Source of the DNA: Oscillospiraceae bacterium
Lineage (GTDB): Bacteria > Bacillota > Clostridia > Oscillospirales > CAG-272
DNA length: 64,000 nt
Assembly: GCA_015063545.1 (NCBI GenBank)
Contig: SVTX01000001.1
Coordinates: 1,842-65,841 of the forward strand
Reading direction: 5' to 3'
Under the pieces are notes generated by a model. That model worked only from the letters and a program-made list of their open reading frames with translations, ran no database searches and was not told the DNA's origin. The stretch's first letter is position 1, and every line of letters begins with the position of its first letter. Shown in pieces: positions 44,602 through 52,436 of this stretch. The position numbers and the translations under genes are program-made.

Positions 44602-44934
44602 TTATCGCCCTTTTTTCTTTGGCCTCGCAATTTTAGCCCTTTTTGCGTATTTAGCTTTTTTGGCTTTTTTTAAGATCAACACTCCTGTGTGTTTATCTAT
44701 TCGTGCGTATTTTTTGATTTTTTTGTTTTTCTTTTTGACCTTTTTGGGATCGGGGGCGCTGTGCAGTATCTTGTTTATCTTGGAAAGTGTGCGTGCCACC
44801 TGTTCAAGCTTGTCCAGAGCGTTGTAAATCTTACCGTTGCTTGATGTTTTTGACGCTTTGGGGCTTGTCTTTACCTTATACACGGTAACAACACGTTTGG
44901 AGTTGCCGTTCTTTTTCATTTTTTTATTCATCAA
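44602..44934 (-). CDS. 110-aa extremely lysine-rich hypothetical protein
   Basis: ATGA overlap with the udp stop. About one third of residues are Lys or Arg. No motif recognised. The opposite-strand ORF 44549..44827 is its shadow. Confidence 0.45.
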   Translation of the reverse strand: MMNKKMKKNGNSKRVVTVYKVKTSPKASKTSSNGKIYNALDKLEQVARTLSKINKILHSAPDPKKVKKKNKKIKKYARIDKHTGVLILKKAKKAKYAKRAKIARPKKKGR

Positions 44935-45719
44935 AGATTACCGAGTCGAGACTTATCCTCAGGGATGAGACGTTTGATAGCGTCTATTGCTACCTTTATT
45001 GCAAGATCGGTGTCGTGTGTCTCGTCACTGTCTGTGTCAAGACCGGCCTCAAATCTCTCCTGATTCCATACCACAGAGAATACTGCGCCGCAACGAACAC
45101 CAAGACATGCCGCAACAGTAAAGAGCGCGCCCGATTCCATTTCACTTGCGAGAACGCCAAGTCTTCTCCATGCTTCCCACTGGTACAGAAGCTTCTGACT
45201 TGTGGGCATGCGCTTGGGTGAGTGTTGACCGTAGAAGGAATCCTTTGCCTGAACTACACCTGTATGATTATGTGTACCGAGGGCTTTTGCAGCGCTCTTA
45301 AGCGCGAAGAGAACGTCACTGTCGGATACGGCAGGGAATTCTATGGGAGCGTATTCCAAAGATGTGCCGTCCTGGCGCACAGCGCCGGAGGCGATAACTA
45401 CGTCTCCCGCTTTTACGTCGAGAGAAATACCTCCGCATGTTCCAACGCGAATAAAAGTATGCGCACCGCATGCCGCAAGCTCCTCCATGGCAATAGCTGC
45501 TGAGGGACCGCCGATGCCCGTAGAGCATACCGTTACAAGCTCTCCGTTGATATAGCCGTTATATATGTTGTATTCGCGATTGGTGGATACGTGATAAGCA
45601 CCCTCAAAATAAGCAGCGATCTTCTCGCATCTGCCGGGATCTCCGGGAAGAATGCAGTATCTTCCAATGTCACCCTCGCCCACGTTTATGTGATATTGAA
45701 TTTTCTTCGATTCCAACAT
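44931..45719 (-). CDS. udp: uridine phosphorylase
   Basis: [37 protein letters not shown] and EMES motifs align by eye to E. coli Udp. Confidence 0.85.
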   Translation of the reverse strand: MLESKKIQYHINVGEGDIGRYCILPGDPGRCEKIAAYFEGAYHVSTNREYNIYNGYINGELVTVCSTGIGGPSAAIAMEELAACGAHTFIRVGTCGGISLDVKAGDVVIASGAVRQDGTSLEYAPIEFPAVSDSDVLFALKSAAKALGTHNHTGVVQAKDSFYGQHSPKRMPTSQKLLYQWEAWRRLGVLASEMESGALFTVAACLGVRCGAVFSVVWNQERFEAGLDTDSDETHDTDLAIKVAIDAIKRLIPEDKSRLGNL

Positions 45720-45867
45720 AAAAAACCTCCGTCGAAAAATTCGATTTTTCCATATTTAACAATATTATAGCATGGACAAGAAAAAATTTCAACACTTTTA
45801 TCAAAAAATTAATGTATATTGCGACAATAGGGGCAGAACAATAAAAATAAAACGGCAGGAAATTGTA

Positions 45868-46854
45868 ATGGGAATTATCAATCTCAACTCTTCATTCATA
45901 GCATATGGAAACGCGGTAGGGGAGAAAGAACACGAAGGACCACTCTCGGACAGATTTGATATGCATGATAAAACGGACAGATTCGGACAAAAAACATGGG
46001 AAGAGGCAGAGGGTGAAATGCTCCGTCTCTCGCTCAATATTGCCCTTAACAAATGCGGACTTACTTTTGAAGATATCGACGCGCTGTTTGCGGGGGATCT
46101 TTTAAATCAATGCACAAGCTCTGCATACGGATTTCTCGGGTGCAACATACCTTATTTTGGAATATACGGCGCCTGCTCCACCTCTGCGGAGGGGATCATG
46201 CTTGCGTCGGTCATGACTACCAATAACGTATATAACATTTGCGCTGCGGCAACATCATCTCACAACTGCGCTGCCGAAAGACAGTACCGCACGCCTATAG
46301 AATACGGAGGGCAGCGTTCTCCTACCGCACAGTGGACGGTCACCGGAGCAGGCTCTTTTATCATAGGGGGATCCGGAGAGGGAAAGGTTAAAATAGCCCT
46401 CGGCATGCCGGGCAGAGTGATAGACGGCGGTGTGCGCGACGCGTCAAATATGGGCGCGGCTATGGCGCCGGCGGTGGCAGATACCTGTGTGCGCTTTTTT
46501 CGCGAGAGTAACACAAATCCCGCCGATTATGATCTCGTTCTTACCGGAGATCTGGGGCATGAAGGCGGAAAGATATTTCGCGAGCTTATGAAGATGGACG
46601 GATACTGTGTGGATGGAGTTTATAACGATTGCGGAATGATAATATTTGACAAAAACACGCAGGATACGCATGCGGGCGGTTCCGGATGCGGCTGCGCGGC
46701 AAGCGTGCTTTCGGCATATATTTTACCGGAAATGGAGAAGGGAAGGCTTAAAAACATTCTCTTTGTTGCGTCGGGAGCTATGATGAGTCCTGACAGCCTA
46801 AAACAAGGGCGGTCAATTCCTGCCATAGGACATCTTTTGAATTTCAAAGTATAG
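45868..46854 (+). CDS. spoVAD: stage V sporulation protein AD
   Basis: Start moved to ATG 45868. Thiolase-like fold pattern and GEKE..GPL...FD, typical of SpoVAD. Confidence 0.82.
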   Translation: MGIINLNSSFIAYGNAVGEKEHEGPLSDRFDMHDKTDRFGQKTWEEAEGEMLRLSLNIALNKCGLTFEDIDALFAGDLLNQCTSSAYGFLGCNIPYFGIYGACSTSAEGIMLASVMTTNNVYNICAAATSSHNCAAERQYRTPIEYGGQRSPTAQWTVTGAGSFIIGGSGEGKVKIALGMPGRVIDGGVRDASNMGAAMAPAVADTCVRFFRESNTNPADYDLVLTGDLGHEGGKIFRELMKMDGYCVDGVYNDCGMIIFDKNTQDTHAGGSGCGCAASVLSAYILPEMEKGRLKNILFVASGAMMSPDSLKQGRSIPAIGHLLNFKV

Positions 46855-46866
46855 GAGGACGAGGAT

Positions 46867-47235
46867 ATGTTTGACGCAGCACAACTTTTAAGGGCGGTAC
46901 TGTTTGGCGGCGGTCTTTGTGTTATCGCGCAAATATTGATAGACAAGACCAAGCTCACACCTGCCAGAATACTTGTTTTGTACGTTATCGTAGGCGTTTT
47001 GCTTGGTGCGGTGGGACTGTATGAGCCGTTTGCAAAATTTGCGGGGGCGGGAGCTACCGTTCCGCTTACGGGATTTGGATACAATATATCAAAGGGTATC
47101 AGGGAAGCGGTGGATAAGGATGGCATTGTCGGAATACTCAGCGGCAGCTTAACCGCCGCGGCGGTAGGAACTTCGGCAGCATTGCTTTTCGGTTATCTGG
47201 CAGCGCTGATATTCAGGGGAAACAGAAGAGGATAA
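46867..47235 (+). CDS. spoVAE: stage V sporulation protein AE (SpoVAEB-type)
   Basis: 122-aa membrane protein. FGGGLCVIAQILID.T.LTPARILV...GAGATVPLTGFG is typical. Confidence 0.82.
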   Translation: MFDAAQLLRAVLFGGGLCVIAQILIDKTKLTPARILVLYVIVGVLLGAVGLYEPFAKFAGAGATVPLTGFGYNISKGIREAVDKDGIVGILSGSLTAAAVGTSAALLFGYLAALIFRGNRRG

Positions 47236-47237
47236 AA

Positions 47238-47924
47238 TCAGGTCAGCAAACCGCGAAGCTTTTCAAGCGCGCTTTTTTCAATGCGGCTCACGTATGAACG
47301 CGATATTCCGAGCTTTTCAGATATCTGCTTTTGCGTTTGTTCGGGAATTCCGTGCAGACCGTAGCGCATGACTATTATCTGACGCTCACGTTGTGTCAGC
47401 TTAGTCTCGACAAACCTCAGAGCCTTGTCGGTAAGTATCATTCTGTCCACTTCCTCCGCCATATTTTCGTCACTGCTGAGAACGTCTATGTAGGTCAGGG
47501 GATTGCCGTCTCTGTCAACGTCGATGGTGTCGTTGATAGAGACCTCGCATGCCCTTTTTTTCTGTGCGCGGAAGTTCATAAGTATCTCATTCTGAATACA
47601 CTTTGATGCGTAAGTTGCAAACTTCGTTCCGTTGTCGCAGTTGAAGGAATCTACCGCTTTTACAAGCCCTATCGTACCTATTGATATTAAGTCCTCTTGA
47701 TTTTTGGATGATGAATAATATTTTCTGACGATGTGGGATACAAGTCTGAGATTATGCAATATCAGAATTTGTCTTGCCTCCTCGTCCCCCTTGGATTTTC
47801 TTTGGAAATAAAGATTTTCTTCTTCTTTTGTCAAGGCGTTTGGAAAATTCTGCACGCTTCCTATCCCCAGAACAGGCTGAATAAGCTTTGCAAGTGTCGC
47901 GAGTATCAAAGTGAAGATTATCAT
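47238..47924 (-). CDS. sigK: sporulation sigma factor, SigK-type pro-sigma (uninterrupted)
   Basis: Start at ATG 47924 (AAAGGAG RBS). KGDEEARQILILHNLRLVSHIVRKY, DLISIGTIGL, GTKFATYA and GISRSYVSRIEKSAL are closer to B. subtilis SigK than to SigE by eye. Short hydrophobic pro-sequence. Confidence 0.7.
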   Translation of the reverse strand: MIIFTLILATLAKLIQPVLGIGSVQNFPNALTKEEENLYFQRKSKGDEEARQILILHNLRLVSHIVRKYYSSSKNQEDLISIGTIGLVKAVDSFNCDNGTKFATYASKCIQNEILMNFRAQKKRACEVSINDTIDVDRDGNPLTYIDVLSSDENMAEEVDRMILTDKALRFVETKLTQRERQIIVMRYGLHGIPEQTQKQISEKLGISRSYVSRIEKSALEKLRGLLT

Positions 47925-48075
47925 GCCCGCAGTCTCCTTTCGGTAATAGTTTGTTAGCATATCTTATGTATGGCTTGCATGTACTTATCACGAAGGACAA
48001 TCACGAAAAAATAAAATTTTTTGTGTCGGCTTTGGGAGAGATTTGTAAATAAATCGTAAAGGCGGCAAAATTATC

Positions 48076-48104
48076 TTGACAAAGGGCGGTGCGTGTAGTA
48101 TAAT
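48076..48104 (+). promoter_or_regulatory. consensus sigma-A promoter for the TPP riboswitch-thiT unit
   Basis: TTGACA, 17 nt, TATAAT. Confidence 0.6.
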
Positions 48105-48134
48105 TCAAGAGTCGCAATGCGAACACCGCATAAA

Positions 48135-48268
48135 AAATCGGGGGTGCTGAACGCATACACGCACAATCTAATGTGCTGATGGCCAAGGCTGAGACGGAAG
48201 GTTCCGAACCCTGGGAGCAGAGCTCCCGTACCTGATACGGATAATACCGGCGTAGGAAAGATGATATA
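48135..48268 (+). ncRNA. TPP (THI-box) riboswitch
   Basis: GGGGTGC...GGCTGAGA...AACCC...ACCTGATACGGATAATACCGGCGTAGGAAAG matches the THI element consensus. It lies upstream of thiT. Confidence 0.85.
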
Positions 48269-48296
48269 AGTGATTTCCCTTATGAAATCGCAAAGA

Positions 48297-48340
48297 ATTT
48301 GTCCACCGGAAGATTTTTCGTGCGGACAAATTTTTATTTT
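48297..48340 (+). terminator. riboswitch expression-platform terminator
   Basis: atttgtcc...ggacaaat hairpin followed by tttttatttt, immediately before the thiT RBS. Confidence 0.6.
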
Positions 48341-48355
48341 AAGGAGGAAATCACA

Positions 48356-48955
48356 ATGAAGAAAAGAATTCTTTGTGTCACAGAGGGCGCGGTAATGATA
48401 GCATTGGCGTTTGTGCTTGAGCTGCTCTGTGTATGGCTAAACGCAGCAACGGGTGTCAGTGCGCTGTTACCCTTCGGTGGAACTATAACTGTCAGTATGC
48501 TTCCCATAGCGTACTACTCGTTCAGACGGGGAATAGGCTGGGGAGTGGGAGTAGGACTTATTTACTCGTTTCTCCAGATGATGCTCGGCTTTTATGTGCC
48601 GCCCGCAAATACGTGGTGGGCAGTAGCTCTTTGCGTATTGCTTGACTACGTTATCGCATTTTCCGTCGTCGGAATGGCGAATCTTTTCGTAAAGCCCTTT
48701 GGTAAGCACAGACTTGTCGGATACGGAGTCGGCGCGGTTGCGGTCTGCCTTATCCGCTTTGTTTGCAGCTTTTTGTCGGGTGTTATACTTTGGGGATCGT
48801 ACGCTCCCGAAGGAATGAACGTGTGGCTGTACTCGCTGGTGTACAATGCATCGTATATGATACCCAATGCGATACTTACGGGTATTCTTGCGGTAGTTGT
48901 CTGCGCAGCCCTTGATCCTGTAACGCTGAAAAGAATGCAGAAAAAAGCAGAATGA
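48356..48955 (+). CDS. thiT: ECF-type thiamine transporter S component
   Basis: Start at ATG 48356 (AAGGAGG RBS). 199-aa six-TM protein behind a TPP riboswitch. Confidence 0.8.
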   Translation: MKKRILCVTEGAVMIALAFVLELLCVWLNAATGVSALLPFGGTITVSMLPIAYYSFRRGIGWGVGVGLIYSFLQMMLGFYVPPANTWWAVALCVLLDYVIAFSVVGMANLFVKPFGKHRLVGYGVGAVAVCLIRFVCSFLSGVILWGSYAPEGMNVWLYSLVYNASYMIPNAILTGILAVVVCAALDPVTLKRMQKKAE

Positions 48956-48956
48956 T

Positions 48957-48991
48957 AAAAGCTCCCTCGAAGCATCTTCGAGGGAGCTTTT
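48957..48991 (+). terminator. rho-independent terminator after thiT
   Basis: aaaagctccctcgaag catc ttcgagggagctttt. Confidence 0.75.
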
Positions 48992-49078
48992 ATGTTGTTT
49001 TTTATAACGGCAGTCGTGCTTTTTATAACGTTGGTCATAAAAGTGAGAATTATATACAATATAAAAATAAAAAAAGTG

Positions 49079-49107
49079 TTGACATTATGTAGAGACAGTG
49101 ATAAAAT
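49079..49107 (+). promoter_or_regulatory. sigma-A promoter of SipW locus 1
   Basis: TTGACA, 17 nt, then TAAAAT with TGn (tgataaaat). This leaves a 5' UTR of about 135 nt. Confidence 0.55.
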
Positions 49108-49243
49108 TATCGTGAAGACTTGTACTCTGAACCCGTAACAGAGCAAAAAATGGGATAATGTATTTGCGCTTGAACATAGGAGTACTTGTTTGAATTCAGT
49201 CCGCAAAAGAAAGTTTTGCGAAAAAAAGAAAAGGAGAAAAACC

Positions 49244-49750
49244 ATGAAGAAAAGAAGAATTGCCATTATCGCGTTCATTCTCGCAGCAGTACTCACCATC
49301 AGCGTAGGTTACGCGGCACTTACACGTGATCTTAAGGTCGAAGGTAAAGCTAAGTCCACGCCCGACAACCTCAACGTTGTATTCAGCGCGTCTGAGCTTG
49401 TTCTTGCTGAGACAACCGATGGAGCCGAGGCTTCTTCCGCTGTAGGCGCTCCCGGCGACTTTGCTATCAGTATGACGGCAGCAAATCTCGTAAAGATTGG
49501 TGACAAGGTAGTAGCTAAGTACACAATCAAGAACAACAACGAGTATGACGTAACGCTTGCTGAGCCCACTATTTCCGAGACAGGCCATTCGGATTATTTT
49601 GAAGTTTCTACCGACTGGGGAACAGGAACATTCCTGCTTGAAGCGGGTAGGACGAAGGACGTTATTGTAACGGTTGAGCTTGTTGATTCTTCCGCTGATC
49701 CGCTTGCCTGCGATTTTGTAATCACCATTAACGCAAGCGCAGGTACCTGA
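49244..49750 (+). CDS. 168-aa exported TasA/camelysin-like small beta-sandwich protein with a class-A N-terminal signal
   Basis: Start at ATG 49244 (AAAGGAGAAAAA RBS). N-terminus is MKKRRIAIIAFILAAVLTISVGYAALTRDLKVEGKA. KIGDKVVAKYTIKNNNEYDVTL resembles the TasA L.PGD....F.F.N.G strand pair. Confidence 0.6.
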   Translation: MKKRRIAIIAFILAAVLTISVGYAALTRDLKVEGKAKSTPDNLNVVFSASELVLAETTDGAEASSAVGAPGDFAISMTAANLVKIGDKVVAKYTIKNNNEYDVTLAEPTISETGHSDYFEVSTDWGTGTFLLEAGRTKDVIVTVELVDSSADPLACDFVITINASAGT

Positions 49751-49811
49751 TACGTAAAAAACAAGTAGATTGGGGATTTCCCCATAAACTAAAGGAAAGG
49801 AGGGGCAGAGC

Positions 49812-50948
49812 ATGAGACGTCTCTCGGAAATACCGAACGACAAACGTGTTTTATACATAATATCGACAGCACTTGTCTGCCTGCTCCTCCTTCTCCTGAT
49901 TTTGCCGATAGGGCAGTACAAGCTCATTCTGTCGTTGCTGTTGGTGGCTTTTGCCGTGGCAACGTGTATGGCTGTGAAAAAAAGAAGCATACTTTCCATG
50001 CATAAATGGCAGGTGCTGTTTCTTATTGCTGTATCGGCAGTGCTGTATTTGATGATCTACTACCTGACCGGAATACACTTCGGCTTTGTAAGGTTTCACG
50101 CAGGACTTTCGTGGTCATCATTTGCAAAAAACATTATCCCTATCGCAACAATAATCATTGCGATAGAAATCATAAGAGCCGTGCTTCTTGCTCAGCAGAA
50201 TAAGCTTGCGAGCATTCTTGTGTTTGTAAGCTGTGTGGCTGTTGATATGCTTATCAGCGGCAGTATGGGTAAGATAGTCGAATTCAACGGATTTATGGAC
50301 GCTATAGGTATGGTATTCATGCCCGCGATAACAAGCGGTGTTTTATACCACTATCTTTCCAAAAATTACGGTATGTATCCCAATATCGTATTCAGACTTG
50401 TAACGACACTTTATGCGTACATAATACCGATACAACCCGCGATGCCCAACGCTATAAAAGCATTTTTCAGACTTTTTGTGCCTGTTATTCTCTTATTGTT
50501 CATCAAAGCTCTGTACGAGAAAAATAAGAGCTTTGTTACACGAAAGGGCAGAATAGTCTCCGTTGCGGTTTCAGCTTGTGCGGCGGTTGTTATGATTTCC
50601 ATTGTAATGCTTGTTTCTTGCCAGTTCTCTGTCGGAATGATCGTCATAGGATCGGACAGTATGACGGGGGAACTGAACAAGGGCGATGCAGTTATTTACC
50701 GTGAATACGAGGGCCAGAAAATTCAGCCCGGTCAGGTTATCGTATTTAACAAAAACAACGTCAAGGTGATTCACCGAGTTGTTGATATACAGACCATAAA
50801 CGGTCAAACGCGTTATTATACAAAGGGTGACGCGAACGATAACGTGGACGACGGATATATTACCCATAGCGATATTGTAGGAATTACAAGCTTCAAGGTT
50901 TCATACGTTGGATATCCTACATTGTGGCTGAGAGGACTTTTTGAATAA
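49812..50948 (+). CDS. fusion of an 8-TM domain of unknown family to a SipW/Sec11-type (S26B) signal peptidase
   Basis: GGAGGGG RBS. Residues 1-255 hold about eight hydrophobic helices. A ninth helix is followed by GSDSMTGEL (Ser box), VKVIHRVV (His box) and TKGDANDNVDD (box E). There is no C-terminal TM helix. Confidence 0.7.
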   Translation: MRRLSEIPNDKRVLYIISTALVCLLLLLLILPIGQYKLILSLLLVAFAVATCMAVKKRSILSMHKWQVLFLIAVSAVLYLMIYYLTGIHFGFVRFHAGLSWSSFAKNIIPIATIIIAIEIIRAVLLAQQNKLASILVFVSCVAVDMLISGSMGKIVEFNGFMDAIGMVFMPAITSGVLYHYLSKNYGMYPNIVFRLVTTLYAYIIPIQPAMPNAIKAFFRLFVPVILLLFIKALYEKNKSFVTRKGRIVSVAVSACAAVVMISIVMLVSCQFSVGMIVIGSDSMTGELNKGDAVIYREYEGQKIQPGQVIVFNKNNVKVIHRVVDIQTINGQTRYYTKGDANDNVDDGYITHSDIVGITSFKVSYVGYPTLWLRGLFE

Positions 50949-50965
50949 ATAAGGAGGCGATTGAT

Positions 50966-52414
50966 ATGTCAGAAGCCGAAAAGAAACGACGAGCCGAATA
51001 TCAGCGATTGCGAAAAAACAGAATATGGATACAGGCGGCAGTAATAATTCTGATCGCTGTATTGCTGATAGCATCTTGCATTACGTATTTCAGACTGAGT
51101 AAGACAGATTACATAAATTATACGCAGTCATCCACAGTGAACTATAAGGTGCATCTGAAGGAGAACGACATGTTTGACGAGGATATACTCGGCCCTAACA
51201 TGACATATATTGCAAATGTGATCGATAAGTTGGACGTGGATTTTAGTTACGTTATGGATATGCAGGATACCGATGCGGCGCACACGTATTCATACGGTAT
51301 AGTAGCTAAAGTGCTTATTACGGACAATAAGACCGGAAACGTGATCCATGCGCCAGAGTATGAACTCGTCAATGCCGAAAATCTCAAAAAGAAGAGTGGC
51401 GGAGAGCTTAAGATACGCGAGAGTGTTTCGATAGATTATTCTGAATATGATAAGATCGCTACCGAGTTTTTGAATGTGTACGATATACGCGAAGAAGCTA
51501 CGGCAACTCTTGTGCTTACGTTGAACGTGGATGTCACCAGCAGATGTCTCTCGTCCGGCATAACAACGGCAAATGGAGACAGTAGCTACAATACGTCATT
51601 GAGCATGCCTTTGGCAGTTCAGATGACATCTGCGCAAACCGAGGCAAGCGCGCCCAACGGCGAGACGCAGGTTTTGGCTTGCACAGGTAGCTTGAATCCA
51701 ATGATATTTAAGGTTATTGCCATTGTTTTGTTTGTTGTTGAACTGATATTGGCAGGTATTCTTATCGCATTTATCTATTTGACCAGAAACCATGATATCA
51801 ACTATGCTATCAAGGTTAAAAAATTGATGAACAACTACAAGTCCTATATTCAGCAGATAAAGAATGAGTTCGACAGAGAGGGTTATCAGATACTTTATGT
51901 CAGCCAATTCTCCGAAATGATGGAGATAAGAGACACGATACAGTCTCCCATTCTTATGTACGAGAATGAGGATAAGACGCGCGCAGAGTTTTTCATTACG
52001 ACGAACACAAAGATACTTTATCTGTATGAGATCAAGGTAGAGGATTACGATGAGATATACGCTCAGCAGCTTCCCGAAGAATCAGATGAGCCCGAAGAAC
52101 TCATAGAGGAAGATCTTGTTCTTGAAGAGATCGACTATGTTGATGAGATCGACGAAGAAACAGATGACGGTGTTGAGGTAATCGGTGTTGTATGGCCCGA
52201 AAAGGAACACAAAAACAAAATATACAGATACGATCCCAACGGCGAGACCGTGTATGACGGAGACATAGTGCTTGTTCCCTCAAGAGACCATCATTCAAAC
52301 AAAGACATTGTTCGCAAAGCGGCAGTAGCTCACGGAAATCACAGGGTTGATCCCGCGATGCTCAAGCACCCGCTTAAAAAGATAATAAGCGTTGTAAAAC
52401 GCAGACACGAATAA
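50966..52414 (+). CDS. 482-aa bitopic (2-TM) membrane protein with an acidic linker, unknown function
   Basis: AAGGAGG RBS. TM1 is IQAAVIILIAVLLIASCITYF, followed by a roughly 200-aa external domain and TM2 IFKVIAIVLFVVELILAGILIAFIYL. The cytoplasmic part carries EESDEPEELIEEDLVLEEIDYVDEIDEETDDG and a C-terminal KIYRYDPNGETVYDGDIVLVP module. Confidence 0.6.
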   Translation: MSEAEKKRRAEYQRLRKNRIWIQAAVIILIAVLLIASCITYFRLSKTDYINYTQSSTVNYKVHLKENDMFDEDILGPNMTYIANVIDKLDVDFSYVMDMQDTDAAHTYSYGIVAKVLITDNKTGNVIHAPEYELVNAENLKKKSGGELKIRESVSIDYSEYDKIATEFLNVYDIREEATATLVLTLNVDVTSRCLSSGITTANGDSSYNTSLSMPLAVQMTSAQTEASAPNGETQVLACTGSLNPMIFKVIAIVLFVVELILAGILIAFIYLTRNHDINYAIKVKKLMNNYKSYIQQIKNEFDREGYQILYVSQFSEMMEIRDTIQSPILMYENEDKTRAEFFITTNTKILYLYEIKVEDYDEIYAQQLPEESDEPEELIEEDLVLEEIDYVDEIDEETDDGVEVIGVVWPEKEHKNKIYRYDPNGETVYDGDIVLVPSRDHHSNKDIVRKAAVAHGNHRVDPAMLKHPLKKIISVVKRRHE

Positions 52415-52436
52415 AATCTAATAAGGAGGACACAGG

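Noticed and set aside
44549-44827. A 92-aa plus-strand ORF with a hydrophobic, Phe/Leu-rich sequence.
   Set aside because: It is the antisense of the lysine-rich minus-strand ORF: AAA/AAG codons read as TTT/CTT on the other strand. The minus-strand ORF is coupled to udp by an ATGA overlap.
48646-49999. Minus-strand ORFs 48646..49299 (217 aa) and 49196..49999 (267 aa), spanning thiT, its terminator and the start of SipW locus 1.
   Set aside because: They run through a strong terminator, a promoter and well-supported plus-strand genes. They have no RBS and no recognisable features.
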